Shown here in pieces: positions 44,725 through 53,146 of a stretch of 64,000 nt of DNA. The notes beneath the pieces were generated by a model. That model saw nothing but the letters and a program-made list of their open reading frames with translations. It ran no database searches and was not told where the DNA came from. Position 1 is the first letter of the stretch. Every line of letters begins with the position of its first letter. Made by a program: the position numbers and the translations under genes. Source of the DNA: Candidatus Taenariivivens baikalensis (GTDB taxonomy: Bacteria; Omnitrophota; Omnitrophia; Omnitrophales; Aquincolibacteriaceae); the NCBI GenBank assembly GCA_009691445.1, contig SICL01000004.1, positions 30,708 to 94,707 of the forward strand. Reading direction: 5' to 3'.

Positions 44725-45324
44725 ATGAAACAATCCTACACCACTTCAGAAGCTGCGGAAATTTGCCGAGTCTCCCGCGGAACTATCCTGCGCTGGATCC
44801 GCGAGAAAAAATTAAAAGCCTCCGTCACTTTTGGTGGTCATCACCGCATTGAAGCCGTCGACCTTACCGGGGTATTAGAAAAACTGGGAATGAAACTGCC
44901 TGACAGTTTTTCGGCGTTTTCCCGCTGTTTACCCTCCCGGGTACTGCTTGTGGATGAGGAGGAGGAAATTGGAAAATTAGCCCGTCATTATTTACAAAAA
45001 TATTATCCTGCCTTGCAAATTGAAGAAGCCGCTGACAGTTTCAGTGCCGGCATTACCATCCAAAAATACCGCCCGGATCTTATTGTTCTGAATATCATGC
45101 CTCCCGGTATACAAGGCTATGATCTGTGTGAATCTATTCGAAATTTGTCGCGGGAATACAGGCCGGCCATTCTTGCCATCACGGCGCATGAAAACAACTG
45201 GGAACACCGCATCTTGGAAGCGGGAGCCGATCTGTGCCTAAAGAAACCGTTTCATGAGAACGATTTTATCAGTGCGATTAGAATTCTCTGGAATAGCACC
45301 TATAAAAATAAAAGGGCGGGATGA
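44725..45324 (+). CDS. HTH (excisionase/MerR-like) plus atypical receiver-domain regulator. The phospho-acceptor Asp is replaced by Asn.
   Basis: The N-terminal TSEAAEICRVSRGTILRWIREKKL helix-turn-helix is followed by a CheY-like fold with the VDEEEE acidic pocket, and with T and K conserved (AITAHE, LKKPF). The D57-equivalent position reads LIVLNIMPPG instead of LLDxMP. Confidence 0.75.
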   Translation: MKQSYTTSEAAEICRVSRGTILRWIREKKLKASVTFGGHHRIEAVDLTGVLEKLGMKLPDSFSAFSRCLPSRVLLVDEEEEIGKLARHYLQKYYPALQIEEAADSFSAGITIQKYRPDLIVLNIMPPGIQGYDLCESIRNLSREYRPAILAITAHENNWEHRILEAGADLCLKKPFHENDFISAIRILWNSTYKNKRAG

Positions 45325-45343
45325 ACTTTTGATAGAGAAAAAT

Positions 45344-48300
45344 ATGACCAACAATCCAAAGACATGTCATAAAAAAATAATGTGGAATAGAGGTGTTCTG
45401 AAGGACCGTTTTGCGCCGTTTCTTTTACTCTTGACCTGTTTAAGCCTGACAACAGTGGGTTTCGTCTTTCTCAGTCGCATGACCCATGAAAAAGCATCCC
45501 TTAAGTTTGAGTCGGAATGGCGGGATATCAAGGCCAGGATCCAGACCCATGTCAATATGTACACTGAACAGCTTTACGCAAACCGCGCGCTCTTTGCCGC
45601 AAGTAAGAGTGTTGAACGTAATGAGTGGGCGTCGTTTATAAACAACCAACGTCTCTCAAGTCAGTTCCCAGGAATTGTCGCAAGTGAATTTATTGAATCG
45701 GTTTCAAGCGACGCATTGGGGGACTTTATCCGCTCCGTCAAAGAGGATAAGAGCATCGATCCAGAAGGATATCCCACATTTGATGTCTTCCCCAAACATC
45801 AAACAAAAAATCATTATATTGTCACTTATGTTGAGCCTTTTACGTCTAATCGAAAAGTGTTTGGATATAACATGTCTTCAGACGGCATGCGTTCTGAGGT
45901 TTTGCAAAGAGCCGCTGAAACCGGAAAAGCTGTAGCCACAAGCAAGATTCACCTTATTCAAGATCCGTCCCATGCGGGCCTAATCATCGCTTTGCCCATC
46001 TATAAAAACAAACTCCCCGTTACCAACAAGACAGAGCGGTTAACTGCGCTTCAGGGGTTCGTCGCAAGCGTCATCGATACTTCTGCTTTTTTTAGACACG
46101 ACTTCATTCTGTCCACGGCTACCAACCAAATCGGTTTTGAGATTTTCGATTCTGCCCTGACAACCAAAGATCACCTCTTGTTTAATTTTGATCATTCGCT
46201 CAATTCCACAAATCAACACGACAAGGCGAAGTTCTCGGTCAACACGCCGATGGTGATCGGAAACCGAACATTCATCCTGAACTTCACAGCCTCACAAAAT
46301 TTCCGTCTGGGTGAGGGACAGGAGTGGTTTCCCTACTGGATTTTAGGCATCGGTATCCTCACCAGCTTTCTTTTTTTCACCCTTCTGCAAGTTTTAGCCT
46401 CGAGAGAATCCAAAGCCCTGCAATATGCTGACGAAAAGACGGAGGAAATTAAACTGCTGCTTGAGGCTTCAACGGACGGCATCTATGGAATTAATCTCGA
46501 AGGTCGGTTTACTTTTATGAATTCTGCCGCGCTTCAATTGCTGGGTTACGCTCTTGAGGAAGTTATCGGAAAAAATATTCATCACTTAGCTCATTTAAAA
46601 AAGTTAGACGGTGCCCCCTACCCCATCGAAGATTGCCCGATCTATCAAGCATTTCAATCTGGAATCTCCTGCCGAGTCGATACTGAGGTTTTGTGGCACA
46701 AAGACGGAACCTCCTTCCCCGTCGAATATTCTGCTTCACCGATGATTCGCCGGGGAAAGATATTAGGGTCATTGTGTACTTTTAGTGATATCACCGAGCG
46801 TAAAATAGCAGAGGAAAAATTAGCTCGAGCGGCAGCGGAAGCCGAAATTTTGCATCAAGCAGCTACTTTCGCCACACGGGATCTCACCTTTGATGTGGCC
46901 CTTAAAGAAACGCTTGCCTTAGTTTGTCAGGGTATCCATTGGCCCGTGGGACATGTCTGTAAATTGTCCCCCGATCACAAGGGCTTGGAATCCACCGATA
47001 TCTGGTATTTGAACGATCCAGAAAAGTACCACCCCTTCAAAAAATTGACGGAAAGTTTATATTTCCCTATCGGAACGGGGCTGCCCGGACGCATTGCCCA
47101 ATCTCGTGACATTGCTTGGATTGATAATGTGCAGAATGACCATAATTTCCCGCGAAAACAAGTTTGCGCCGAAGTCGGTATTACCTCTGCTTTTGCTTTT
47201 CCGATTACGATTGAAGGACGGGTCGTTGCGGTTTTAGAGTTCTTCATCCCCAAAGCACTAAAACCGGATGCGGACATTTTGAAACTCGTGGGCAATCTCT
47301 CAAAACAACTTCAAGTGGTTTTTGAGAAAAAAAGGGCGGCGGAAGCGGCGGAAGCGGTGGAAGCAAGCCGTCTCCGGCTGCAGGCTGTTTTGGATTCTGC
47401 CACAGAAGTTTCCATTATTACAACAGACACTCAAGGGCTTATCACCGTCTTTAACAAAGGAGCAGAAAAAATGCTGGGCTGGAAAGCAGAGGAAATGCTT
47501 TACCAGAAAACGCCGGAGGTTATTCACACTTTTGAGGAAGTCTCCGAGCGGGGAAAAGAAATGTCTCTCACTTCAGGGAAAACTGTGGAGGGATTTGAAG
47601 TTTTTGTGGCCAATGCGCGTGCAGGAAAGCCTCAGCTCAGGGAATGGACTTACGTCAAAAAAGACGGCACCCGTTTCCCCGTCAGTCTTTATATTACGGG
47701 AGTGTACAATGCCAGCCATGAGCTTTCTGGCTTTTTGGGAATCGCTACGGATATCACAAAAATTAAACAAGCTGAAATTCAGCTTCAAGAAGCGGCGCGT
47801 CAAGCATACGAAGCGTCGCGTATAAAATCTGATTTCTTAGCCACCATGAGCCATGAAATTCGTACGCCAATGAACGCCATTCTCGGAATGAGCGACTTAC
47901 TGACCGAGACGCCTTTGACGGCTGAACAAAAAGACTATCTGGCACGATTATCCCGCGCGGGCGAGACTCTTTTAAGCATTATTAATGACGTGCTTGACCT
48001 TTCAAAGATTGAAGCCCGCTCCATGGAGATTGAGCATATTGCATTTAATTTAAAAGAGCAGGTAGGAAAAACGGTCGACTTGCTGGCCTCTAAAGCTCAT
48101 CAAAAAGGGCTCGCGATTCATTGGCAGCTCGACCCAGAGATTCCGGCGATACTGCAGTCTGACCCAACCCGCTTGTGGCAAATCCTGCTGAATTTGATCA
48201 ACAATGCCATCAAGTTTACTGAGGAAGGTGAGATTTCCTTGTCGGTAAAACCGGTAAAAAAGGAGATTGAACATAAAGAGAAAAATGAAATTTGGCTTCA

Positions 48301-48988
48301 CTTTGCTCTGTCGGATACCGGAATTGGCATTCCGAGAGATAAAATAAACAAACTATTTAAGCCGTTCGCGCAGGCCGATTCATCAACGACGCGAAAATTC
48401 GGCGGTACCGGTTTGGGCTTAAATATCTGCAAACGGCTTGTGGAGCTGATGGGAGGAAAGATTTGGGCGGAAAGCGAGGAAGGAAAAGGTTCCTGTTTCC
48501 ATTTTATTCTCCCCTTTGGGAAATCAGATACGCTTCAGGAAAAGGCCCTGGAGACAGCTTCCGAAGACTCCCCCTTGGCATCAAGTCTAAAAATTCTTCT
48601 TGCGGATGACTCCGAGGACAATCAGAGTCTCATCCAGGCTTATTTGAAGAAATATCCTTATCAAATTGACATCGCAGAAAATGGAAAAATTGCCTGCGAC
48701 AAATCGGCCGCCACGGAGTACGATGTCATCTTGATGGATATGCAAATGCCGGAAATGGACGGCTATACCGCCTCTCGAATTATTCGCGAACGAGAAGCAA
48801 TCGGCGGCCCCAAACGGCATGTGCCGATTATTGCCCTGACAGCCAACGCATTAATTCAGGACGCTCAAAGATGTCTCGCCGCTGGCTGCGATCAGCATCT
48901 TTCGAAACCCATCAAAAAATCGATTTTGTTACAAACTTTGCAGTCGATATCTATAAAAAGGCTGCTTGAAAGGCGGGGACTAAAATGA
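45344..48988 (+). CDS. hybrid sensor histidine kinase: TM-CHASE-TM-PAS-GAF-PAS-HisKA-HATPase-REC
   Basis: A CHASE-like periplasmic region lies between two TM segments. It is followed by PAS-like, GAF-like and PAS-like segments, the H-box SHEIRTPMN, N/G-box ATPase motifs (NNAIKFT, GGTGLGL) and a C-terminal receiver (LLADDSEDN...DVILMDMQMPEMDG). The ATG at 45344 is preferred because the track's ORF runs into the upstream gene. Confidence 0.9.
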   Translation: MTNNPKTCHKKIMWNRGVLKDRFAPFLLLLTCLSLTTVGFVFLSRMTHEKASLKFESEWRDIKARIQTHVNMYTEQLYANRALFAASKSVERNEWASFINNQRLSSQFPGIVASEFIESVSSDALGDFIRSVKEDKSIDPEGYPTFDVFPKHQTKNHYIVTYVEPFTSNRKVFGYNMSSDGMRSEVLQRAAETGKAVATSKIHLIQDPSHAGLIIALPIYKNKLPVTNKTERLTALQGFVASVIDTSAFFRHDFILSTATNQIGFEIFDSALTTKDHLLFNFDHSLNSTNQHDKAKFSVNTPMVIGNRTFILNFTASQNFRLGEGQEWFPYWILGIGILTSFLFFTLLQVLASRESKALQYADEKTEEIKLLLEASTDGIYGINLEGRFTFMNSAALQLLGYALEEVIGKNIHHLAHLKKLDGAPYPIEDCPIYQAFQSGISCRVDTEVLWHKDGTSFPVEYSASPMIRRGKILGSLCTFSDITERKIAEEKLARAAAEAEILHQAATFATRDLTFDVALKETLALVCQGIHWPVGHVCKLSPDHKGLESTDIWYLNDPEKYHPFKKLTESLYFPIGTGLPGRIAQSRDIAWIDNVQNDHNFPRKQVCAEVGITSAFAFPITIEGRVVAVLEFFIPKALKPDADILKLVGNLSKQLQVVFEKKRAAEAAEAVEASRLRLQAVLDSATEVSIITTDTQGLITVFNKGAEKMLGWKAEEMLYQKTPEVIHTFEEVSERGKEMSLTSGKTVEGFEVFVANARAGKPQLREWTYVKKDGTRFPVSLYITGVYNASHELSGFLGIATDITKIKQAEIQLQEAARQAYEASRIKSDFLATMSHEIRTPMNAILGMSDLLTETPLTAEQKDYLARLSRAGETLLSIINDVLDLSKIEARSMEIEHIAFNLKEQVGKTVDLLASKAHQKGLAIHWQLDPEIPAILQSDPTRLWQILLNLINNAIKFTEEGEISLSVKPVKKEIEHKEKNEIWLHFALSDTGIGIPRDKINKLFKPFAQADSSTTRKFGGTGLGLNICKRLVELMGGKIWAESEEGKGSCFHFILPFGKSDTLQEKALETASEDSPLASSLKILLADDSEDNQSLIQAYLKKYPYQIDIAENGKIACDKSAATEYDVILMDMQMPEMDGYTASRIIREREAIGGPKRHVPIIALTANALIQDAQRCLAAGCDQHLSKPIKKSILLQTLQSISIKRLLERRGLK

Positions 48989-49455
48989 AACAAATTATCT
49001 GTATTGATCTACTGGAAGACAATGACGACGATGCCCTGGTGATTAAGGTTAAAAGTCAAAAACTACGATACGATTTTCACTGGGAAATTTTTAAGGACGC
49101 GTCCTCAGCGGAAGCCCATTACAAGCATTTGCTCACCGAGCTTGGGCCTTCAAATCCCCTCCCTTCCAACCGCCTGATCCTGTTGGATCTGGCATTGCAG
49201 CAATCTCATGGATTTGAATTTCTGAGTTTCATTAAAAAGGGCGATCCACGCCTTGCGACACTGCCGATCATTATTGTCACTGCTTCCGATTCCAAAGAGG
49301 ATGTGAGAAATACTTTCAAGGGAGGCGGCACCGCCTTCTTAAAAAAACCTTTTGCTCTGGAGGAATTCACACGCACTCTTGAAACCCTGATCATGACCGG
49401 CCGCTTGAAACCTCTTTGCGACGCTGACGAAAAGACGGATGCGCTGAAGAGATAA
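48985..49455 (+). CDS. single-domain response regulator receiver protein
   Basis: This is a CheY-like ORF with IDLLEDNDDD, RLILLDLAL (Asp present), VTASD and KKPF. Its start overlaps the kinase stop (ATGA). Confidence 0.8.
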   Translation: MKQIICIDLLEDNDDDALVIKVKSQKLRYDFHWEIFKDASSAEAHYKHLLTELGPSNPLPSNRLILLDLALQQSHGFEFLSFIKKGDPRLATLPIIIVTASDSKEDVRNTFKGGGTAFLKKPFALEEFTRTLETLIMTGRLKPLCDADEKTDALKR

Positions 49456-49707
49456 AATAAAACCTTGCTGGCCCAAATCACCCCTTTGGTTTATGGGAAA
49501 CTGGTCAAGGATATTTCCATTTTGTACCAGGACACCCACAGACCCTGGTGAAATCTTACTGGCACGGATTGGCCAAAGAATTGTCGAGGGGGGCACTGTT
49601 AAGATCTCTCGCTGCGCTCGAGATAAATTTCCGCAAGATGAGTCTCTCGGATCCTTCGCTGTACTCAGGATGAGTTCTCGATTGAAAAAGATAATTTTTA
49701 CGAGAAC

Positions 49708-50271
49708 TCACATATTGAGCGAACGCCGGAGAGCCGGATGCATTTTGCTGGGATTCCAGGGCGGGTCAAACACCAATTCAACACTCACTTCTTTAACTTT
49801 GGGCACGACCATCAGTTTATTGCGGATGTCCTGCTTGAGCCATTCTCCCATCCCACAGCCCGGAGCAGTGAGCGTCATTCGGATATTGACCTGGGTGTCG
49901 CCGGGTTCGGATGAAAGGGGGAAATCCGAGATCTTGCATTCATAAATCAGCCCAAGATCCACAATATTGTGAGGGATTTCTGGATCGTAGCAGGTGCGAA
50001 GCTGAGTCCAGATTAAATCTTCGACAGGCTTGTCTTCTTTGATGGCCTCTTCAGTTTTTTTGACTTCTTCAGGAATTTCTTTACCAATCGCATCCGCGTC
50101 TTTGCCCAAAATGCTGGCCATTTGACCCATCATCGTCGTGACAGTAAACGTACCACCTAAGGCTTGGGTCAATCGAAGATCGGTTCCCGGATACAAAATA
50201 ATCTGTTTTCCGCTCGGAATTTCAGTCGCTACACATTCGCGTTTTAACGTCACAACTTCTTGGGAAGACAT
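49708..50271 (-). CDS. DUF59/MIP18-family Fe-S assembly protein (SufT-like)
   Basis: The C-terminal DUF59 signature is present (CYDPEIPHNIVDLGLIY ... TLTAPGCGMGEWL ... VELVFDPPW). The ATG at 50271 carries a GGAGAAACG Shine-Dalgarno. The track's longer N-terminus is an extension. Confidence 0.7.
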   Translation of the reverse strand: MSSQEVVTLKRECVATEIPSGKQIILYPGTDLRLTQALGGTFTVTTMMGQMASILGKDADAIGKEIPEEVKKTEEAIKEDKPVEDLIWTQLRTCYDPEIPHNIVDLGLIYECKISDFPLSSEPGDTQVNIRMTLTAPGCGMGEWLKQDIRNKLMVVPKVKEVSVELVFDPPWNPSKMHPALRRSLNM

Positions 50272-50332
50272 CGTTTCTCCGAAATTTTTCCGCTTAGGTA
50301 TCGTGATAAACCGTCGATAGTCTAACACGATA

Positions 50333-51730
50333 ATGAAAAACTTAATGCGCTTAAAACCAACCGCACCAGGTTTTCTTCTTTTAGTCCTTTCTCTTTTCGG
50401 GCCATCTTCCACCGCCTTTGCCGTTGGTTCGGGCGGTTTTGAAAATGCGACCTTCAGTTCAATTGCTATCTCTCAGAGTAATGCCGTCACCGCTCAAGGC
50501 GAAGAACCGGCGGCTATTTCCTATAACCCGGCAGGAATTGCTAATCTAAAAGGCCTGCAAGTGGAATCCAATATGGGTTTTATCAGCGTAATCACCCATA
50601 TCAGTAAGCAGAGCCAGGACGGAAAAACTCAGAGCTCCGGGACACTCGTGGAAGTTCCCACGGGCTATCTGACTTTCAATCCCGGAAAAGTCTTTAATGA
50701 CCGGCTGGTGCTAGGAATCGGGTCCGATTCGCCCTTTGGCCTCTCCAACAAGTGGGATTCAGCCAATCAAGCAGTCCGGTACACGGGCTACAAGAACTGG
50801 CTCAAAATGTATACCCTGAAACCCACGGTTGCCTTCAAATTCACGGATTGGTTGTCGGTTGGTGCCGGGGCCATGAATTACCGCGTTTTTAATTTTGGAT
50901 CAGTCCAAGCCTACCCTAACAATGCTATTGTTCCGGGATCTCCGGACGGCCAGCTTCGACTCAATATGAGCGGCTCTCATTGGGGTTGGCATTTCGGAGC
51001 GCGTGTGAAACCAGCTCCAAAGCATCAGTTTGGATTTTATTTCCGGAGTCCTGTTAAAATTCACATCCGAGGAAAAGTAAAGGTGGAACGCTCTTCCTTT
51101 GCGCCGGGAGGACGTTTTGAAAGCGGTGCTTATTCCAATCTTGATCTTCCGATGAATATGACCTGGGGCTATGCTTTCATGCCTAATCCCAAGAACACTA
51201 TTGAAGCAGATTTTGGCTACACACGCTGGTCTCAGCATAATCGTCTGGATGTGATTTCTACCGACAGCATCAGCACCTTCGATGACATGATTTTAGCCGC
51301 CATCAGTCTCAATGCCCATGATTATGACGACACCTTCTCGATTCATCTCGGAGGAAATCACAAGGTCAATGACCGCCTGACCTTGCGCGCGGGAACATTA
51401 TTTTATACGGCCGCGGTGCCCAAAAACCATCTTATCCCTGCGGTGCCGGACAGTAACAGGCTGGCTTTTTCTGCAGGTCTCAGCTACCAGATCAATCAAA
51501 TGATGGCCCTGGATGTTTGCTATATGAACATGATTGGCCTGCGCAGAGGCGTGAATAATGATATCGGCGAATCCCTCGGCGGATCTGGGGATGGAAAATA
51601 TACTTCTGATTATAATATTTTCCTGATCTCAATGAGGTTGATGTGGGAAGATCTGTTTGACAAGATGCTGCCTGGAAGTAAACCCTCAGAACCTGCTCAA
51701 AAGTTGGAAGTTTCCCCGGAAATAAAATAA
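50333..51730 (+). CDS. outer-membrane long-chain fatty acid/hydrophobic compound transporter, FadL/OmpP1/TodX family
   Basis: A signal peptide and the family-typical ISYNPAG motif near the N-terminus of a roughly 440-aa beta-barrel are present. Confidence 0.75.
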   Translation: MKNLMRLKPTAPGFLLLVLSLFGPSSTAFAVGSGGFENATFSSIAISQSNAVTAQGEEPAAISYNPAGIANLKGLQVESNMGFISVITHISKQSQDGKTQSSGTLVEVPTGYLTFNPGKVFNDRLVLGIGSDSPFGLSNKWDSANQAVRYTGYKNWLKMYTLKPTVAFKFTDWLSVGAGAMNYRVFNFGSVQAYPNNAIVPGSPDGQLRLNMSGSHWGWHFGARVKPAPKHQFGFYFRSPVKIHIRGKVKVERSSFAPGGRFESGAYSNLDLPMNMTWGYAFMPNPKNTIEADFGYTRWSQHNRLDVISTDSISTFDDMILAAISLNAHDYDDTFSIHLGGNHKVNDRLTLRAGTLFYTAAVPKNHLIPAVPDSNRLAFSAGLSYQINQMMALDVCYMNMIGLRRGVNNDIGESLGGSGDGKYTSDYNIFLISMRLMWEDLFDKMLPGSKPSEPAQKLEVSPEIK

Positions 51731-52236
51731 CGAAGCGTCGACTGCAGTTTTAGAATCGCCTCATCCTTCAAGCGGCTGATCGGATTTCCGTAATAACGTT
51801 TGATCGTCTTTTCAATATCTTCATCCGTGGCAAGAACGATTTCAATATCCCGAATGCCGGGCACGCACTCGAGATCTTTAAGAGAAGCGAGATTCATGGG
51901 ATCAGGGATAGCCACAAGCATCATCCCTTCCTGGATCGTAATCGGGATTAAACCATGTTCGACAGCGAACTGTTTTGAAACCGCTTGCAGGGCCTTGGCC
52001 TGAATCTTGATTTGAGATAAATCCACAAACTGTTTTCCAAACTGAATTGCCAGGGCCTGATATAAAATATTTTTCGAAATGACTCCGTTATCAATCAGTA
52101 TCTTTCCAAGAGGGCGCTTCTTCTCATCGTATTTCTGGAAATTTAACGCGTCTTCAAGATCCTGCCCCTGAACCCACCCCTGATGAAGCAAAATTTCTCC
52201 GATTCGTATGGGCTTCCGTTGTGTGGATATGATCAT
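51697..52236 (-). CDS. stand-alone MshEN-like domain protein (tandem c-di-GMP-binding motifs plus T2SSE_N fold), with no ATPase domain
   Basis: Two 24-aa copies of the RLGxxLLxxG(L/V/I)(L/V/I)xxxxLxxxLxxQ motif are present (RIGEILLHQGWVQGQDLEDALNFQ and PLGKILIDNGVISKNILYQALAIQ). They are followed by a GspE/PilB N-terminal-domain-like segment (LIPITIQEGMMLVAIPDPMN...IEIVLATDEDIEKTIKRYYG). Confidence 0.7.
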   Translation of the reverse strand: MIISTQRKPIRIGEILLHQGWVQGQDLEDALNFQKYDEKKRPLGKILIDNGVISKNILYQALAIQFGKQFVDLSQIKIQAKALQAVSKQFAVEHGLIPITIQEGMMLVAIPDPMNLASLKDLECVPGIRDIEIVLATDEDIEKTIKRYYGNPISRLKDEAILKLQSTLRYFISGETSNF

Positions 52237-52348
52237 CCTTAACCTCTTGGTTAATTAAACCTTACCTGTCGCAAACACTTTCTACAAGGGCTTTGTTGGT
52301 TTTATCTCTATCAATGCTGATCAGGTTGGGGGGGATCATCTCTCATTC

Positions 52349-52532
52349 GTCATTGCGAGCTACAGCGAAGCAATCTCGGGTTGTGCGCTTGAGATTGCCG
52401 CGTCGTCCTGCGGGACTCCTCGCAATGACTAAAATCTTTTCGTTGTCATTGCGAGCTGCAGCGAAGCAATCTTGCTGGTTGTGCCCAAGGATTATTGCCG
52501 CGTCTCCGCCCAAGCGCGGGACTCGCAATGAC
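52349..52532. repeat. Two tandem family-A elements of 81 and 88 bp, each bounded by GTCATTGCGAG...CTCGCAATGAC, separated by a 15-bp linker
   Basis: Read directly from the sequence. Both units contain an inner GCAATC...GATTGC palindrome. The internal sequence differs between units. Confidence 0.85.
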
Positions 52533-52584
52533 TACCAACGGAAATGAACCGCACAATGACAGAATAAGAGGATCTTATTCCCAC

Positions 52585-53055
52585 TTATCCTCGAATGAAG
52601 TCTTGCCTGGAAGAATCCCATATAAAAAGCGCTGAGTCGAAAGCCTTCCCCGCCTGAATGGAAAAAATTAAATAGGCGGCATTGGGATAAACAGGGTTTC
52701 CCTCCCATAGAGCCTGGCGGCGATCTTCTTCGGAAAAGGCTGCTGGGGCATCAATATGAGAATGATAAATGAGACAAATAATCAGGCTGTCGCGACGAAG
52801 TCTTTGATGAACTAATAGAAGTTCGCGAGGATCGATTAAATAAGCAGCGCGGGAAGTGCGAGGATATGTCTGAGGATCCTTGCGATGAAGTTCATCCTGC
52901 ACATTTCTACAGGGAATGATTTCTAGCAGTGTATCGGGATTCTTATTCGTCGCCAGACCTAAGCCACAGCATTCCTGGGGATATTCTTGTTCGGCGTGCT
53001 GCTGAATGCGAAAGAGTAAATTCTGCGGAATGGTGAGGGGCATATGATTCCACAC
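52585..53055 (-). CDS. JAMM/MPN+ (Mov34) family metalloprotease
   Basis: The JAMM motif is intact: the ECCG glutamate, then HSHIDAPAAFSEED (H-x-H-x7-S-x2-D). The ORF is 156 aa. Confidence 0.75.
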   Translation of the reverse strand: MWNHMPLTIPQNLLFRIQQHAEQEYPQECCGLGLATNKNPDTLLEIIPCRNVQDELHRKDPQTYPRTSRAAYLIDPRELLLVHQRLRRDSLIICLIYHSHIDAPAAFSEEDRRQALWEGNPVYPNAAYLIFSIQAGKAFDSALFIWDSSRQDFIRG

Positions 53056-53060
53056 ATTTT

Positions 53061-53136
53061 GTCATCCCCGAAATTTCTTGTCGAGGAGAGGATCCAAAAG
53101 GCTTCTGGATTCCCGCCTAAAGCATGCGGGAATGAC
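53061..53136. repeat. Family-A element GTCATCCCCG...GCGGGAATGAC
   Basis: Terminal inverted repeats lie between the JAMM gene start and the upstream gene stop. Confidence 0.6.
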
Positions 53137-53146
53137 AAACACCTAA

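Noticed and set aside
44725-45324. The HTH/excisionase-like gene as evidence of a prophage or integrative element
   Set aside because: The excisionase-type HTH is fused to a receiver domain and embedded in a two-component operon. There is no integrase, no phage gene, and no att-like duplication nearby.
45254-45343. The N-terminal 30 codons of the histidine-kinase ORF overlapping the 3' end of the HTH-receiver gene
   Set aside because: It is an alternative-frame read-through. The ATG at 45344 (MTNNPKT) follows the upstream stop by 20 nt and gives a sensible cytoplasmic N-terminus before the first TM helix.
49493-49945. A 150-aa plus-strand ORF in the rec/SufT convergent region
   Set aside because: It overlaps the SufT-like gene on the opposite strand for most of its length, has no start-site signals, and shows no recognisable fold motif.
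52349-52532. The tandem repeat pair read as a CRISPR array
   Set aside because: There are only two units. The units are long (81-88 bp) internally palindromic elements with variable cores, not short identical repeats separated by unique spacers. No cas genes are present in the window.
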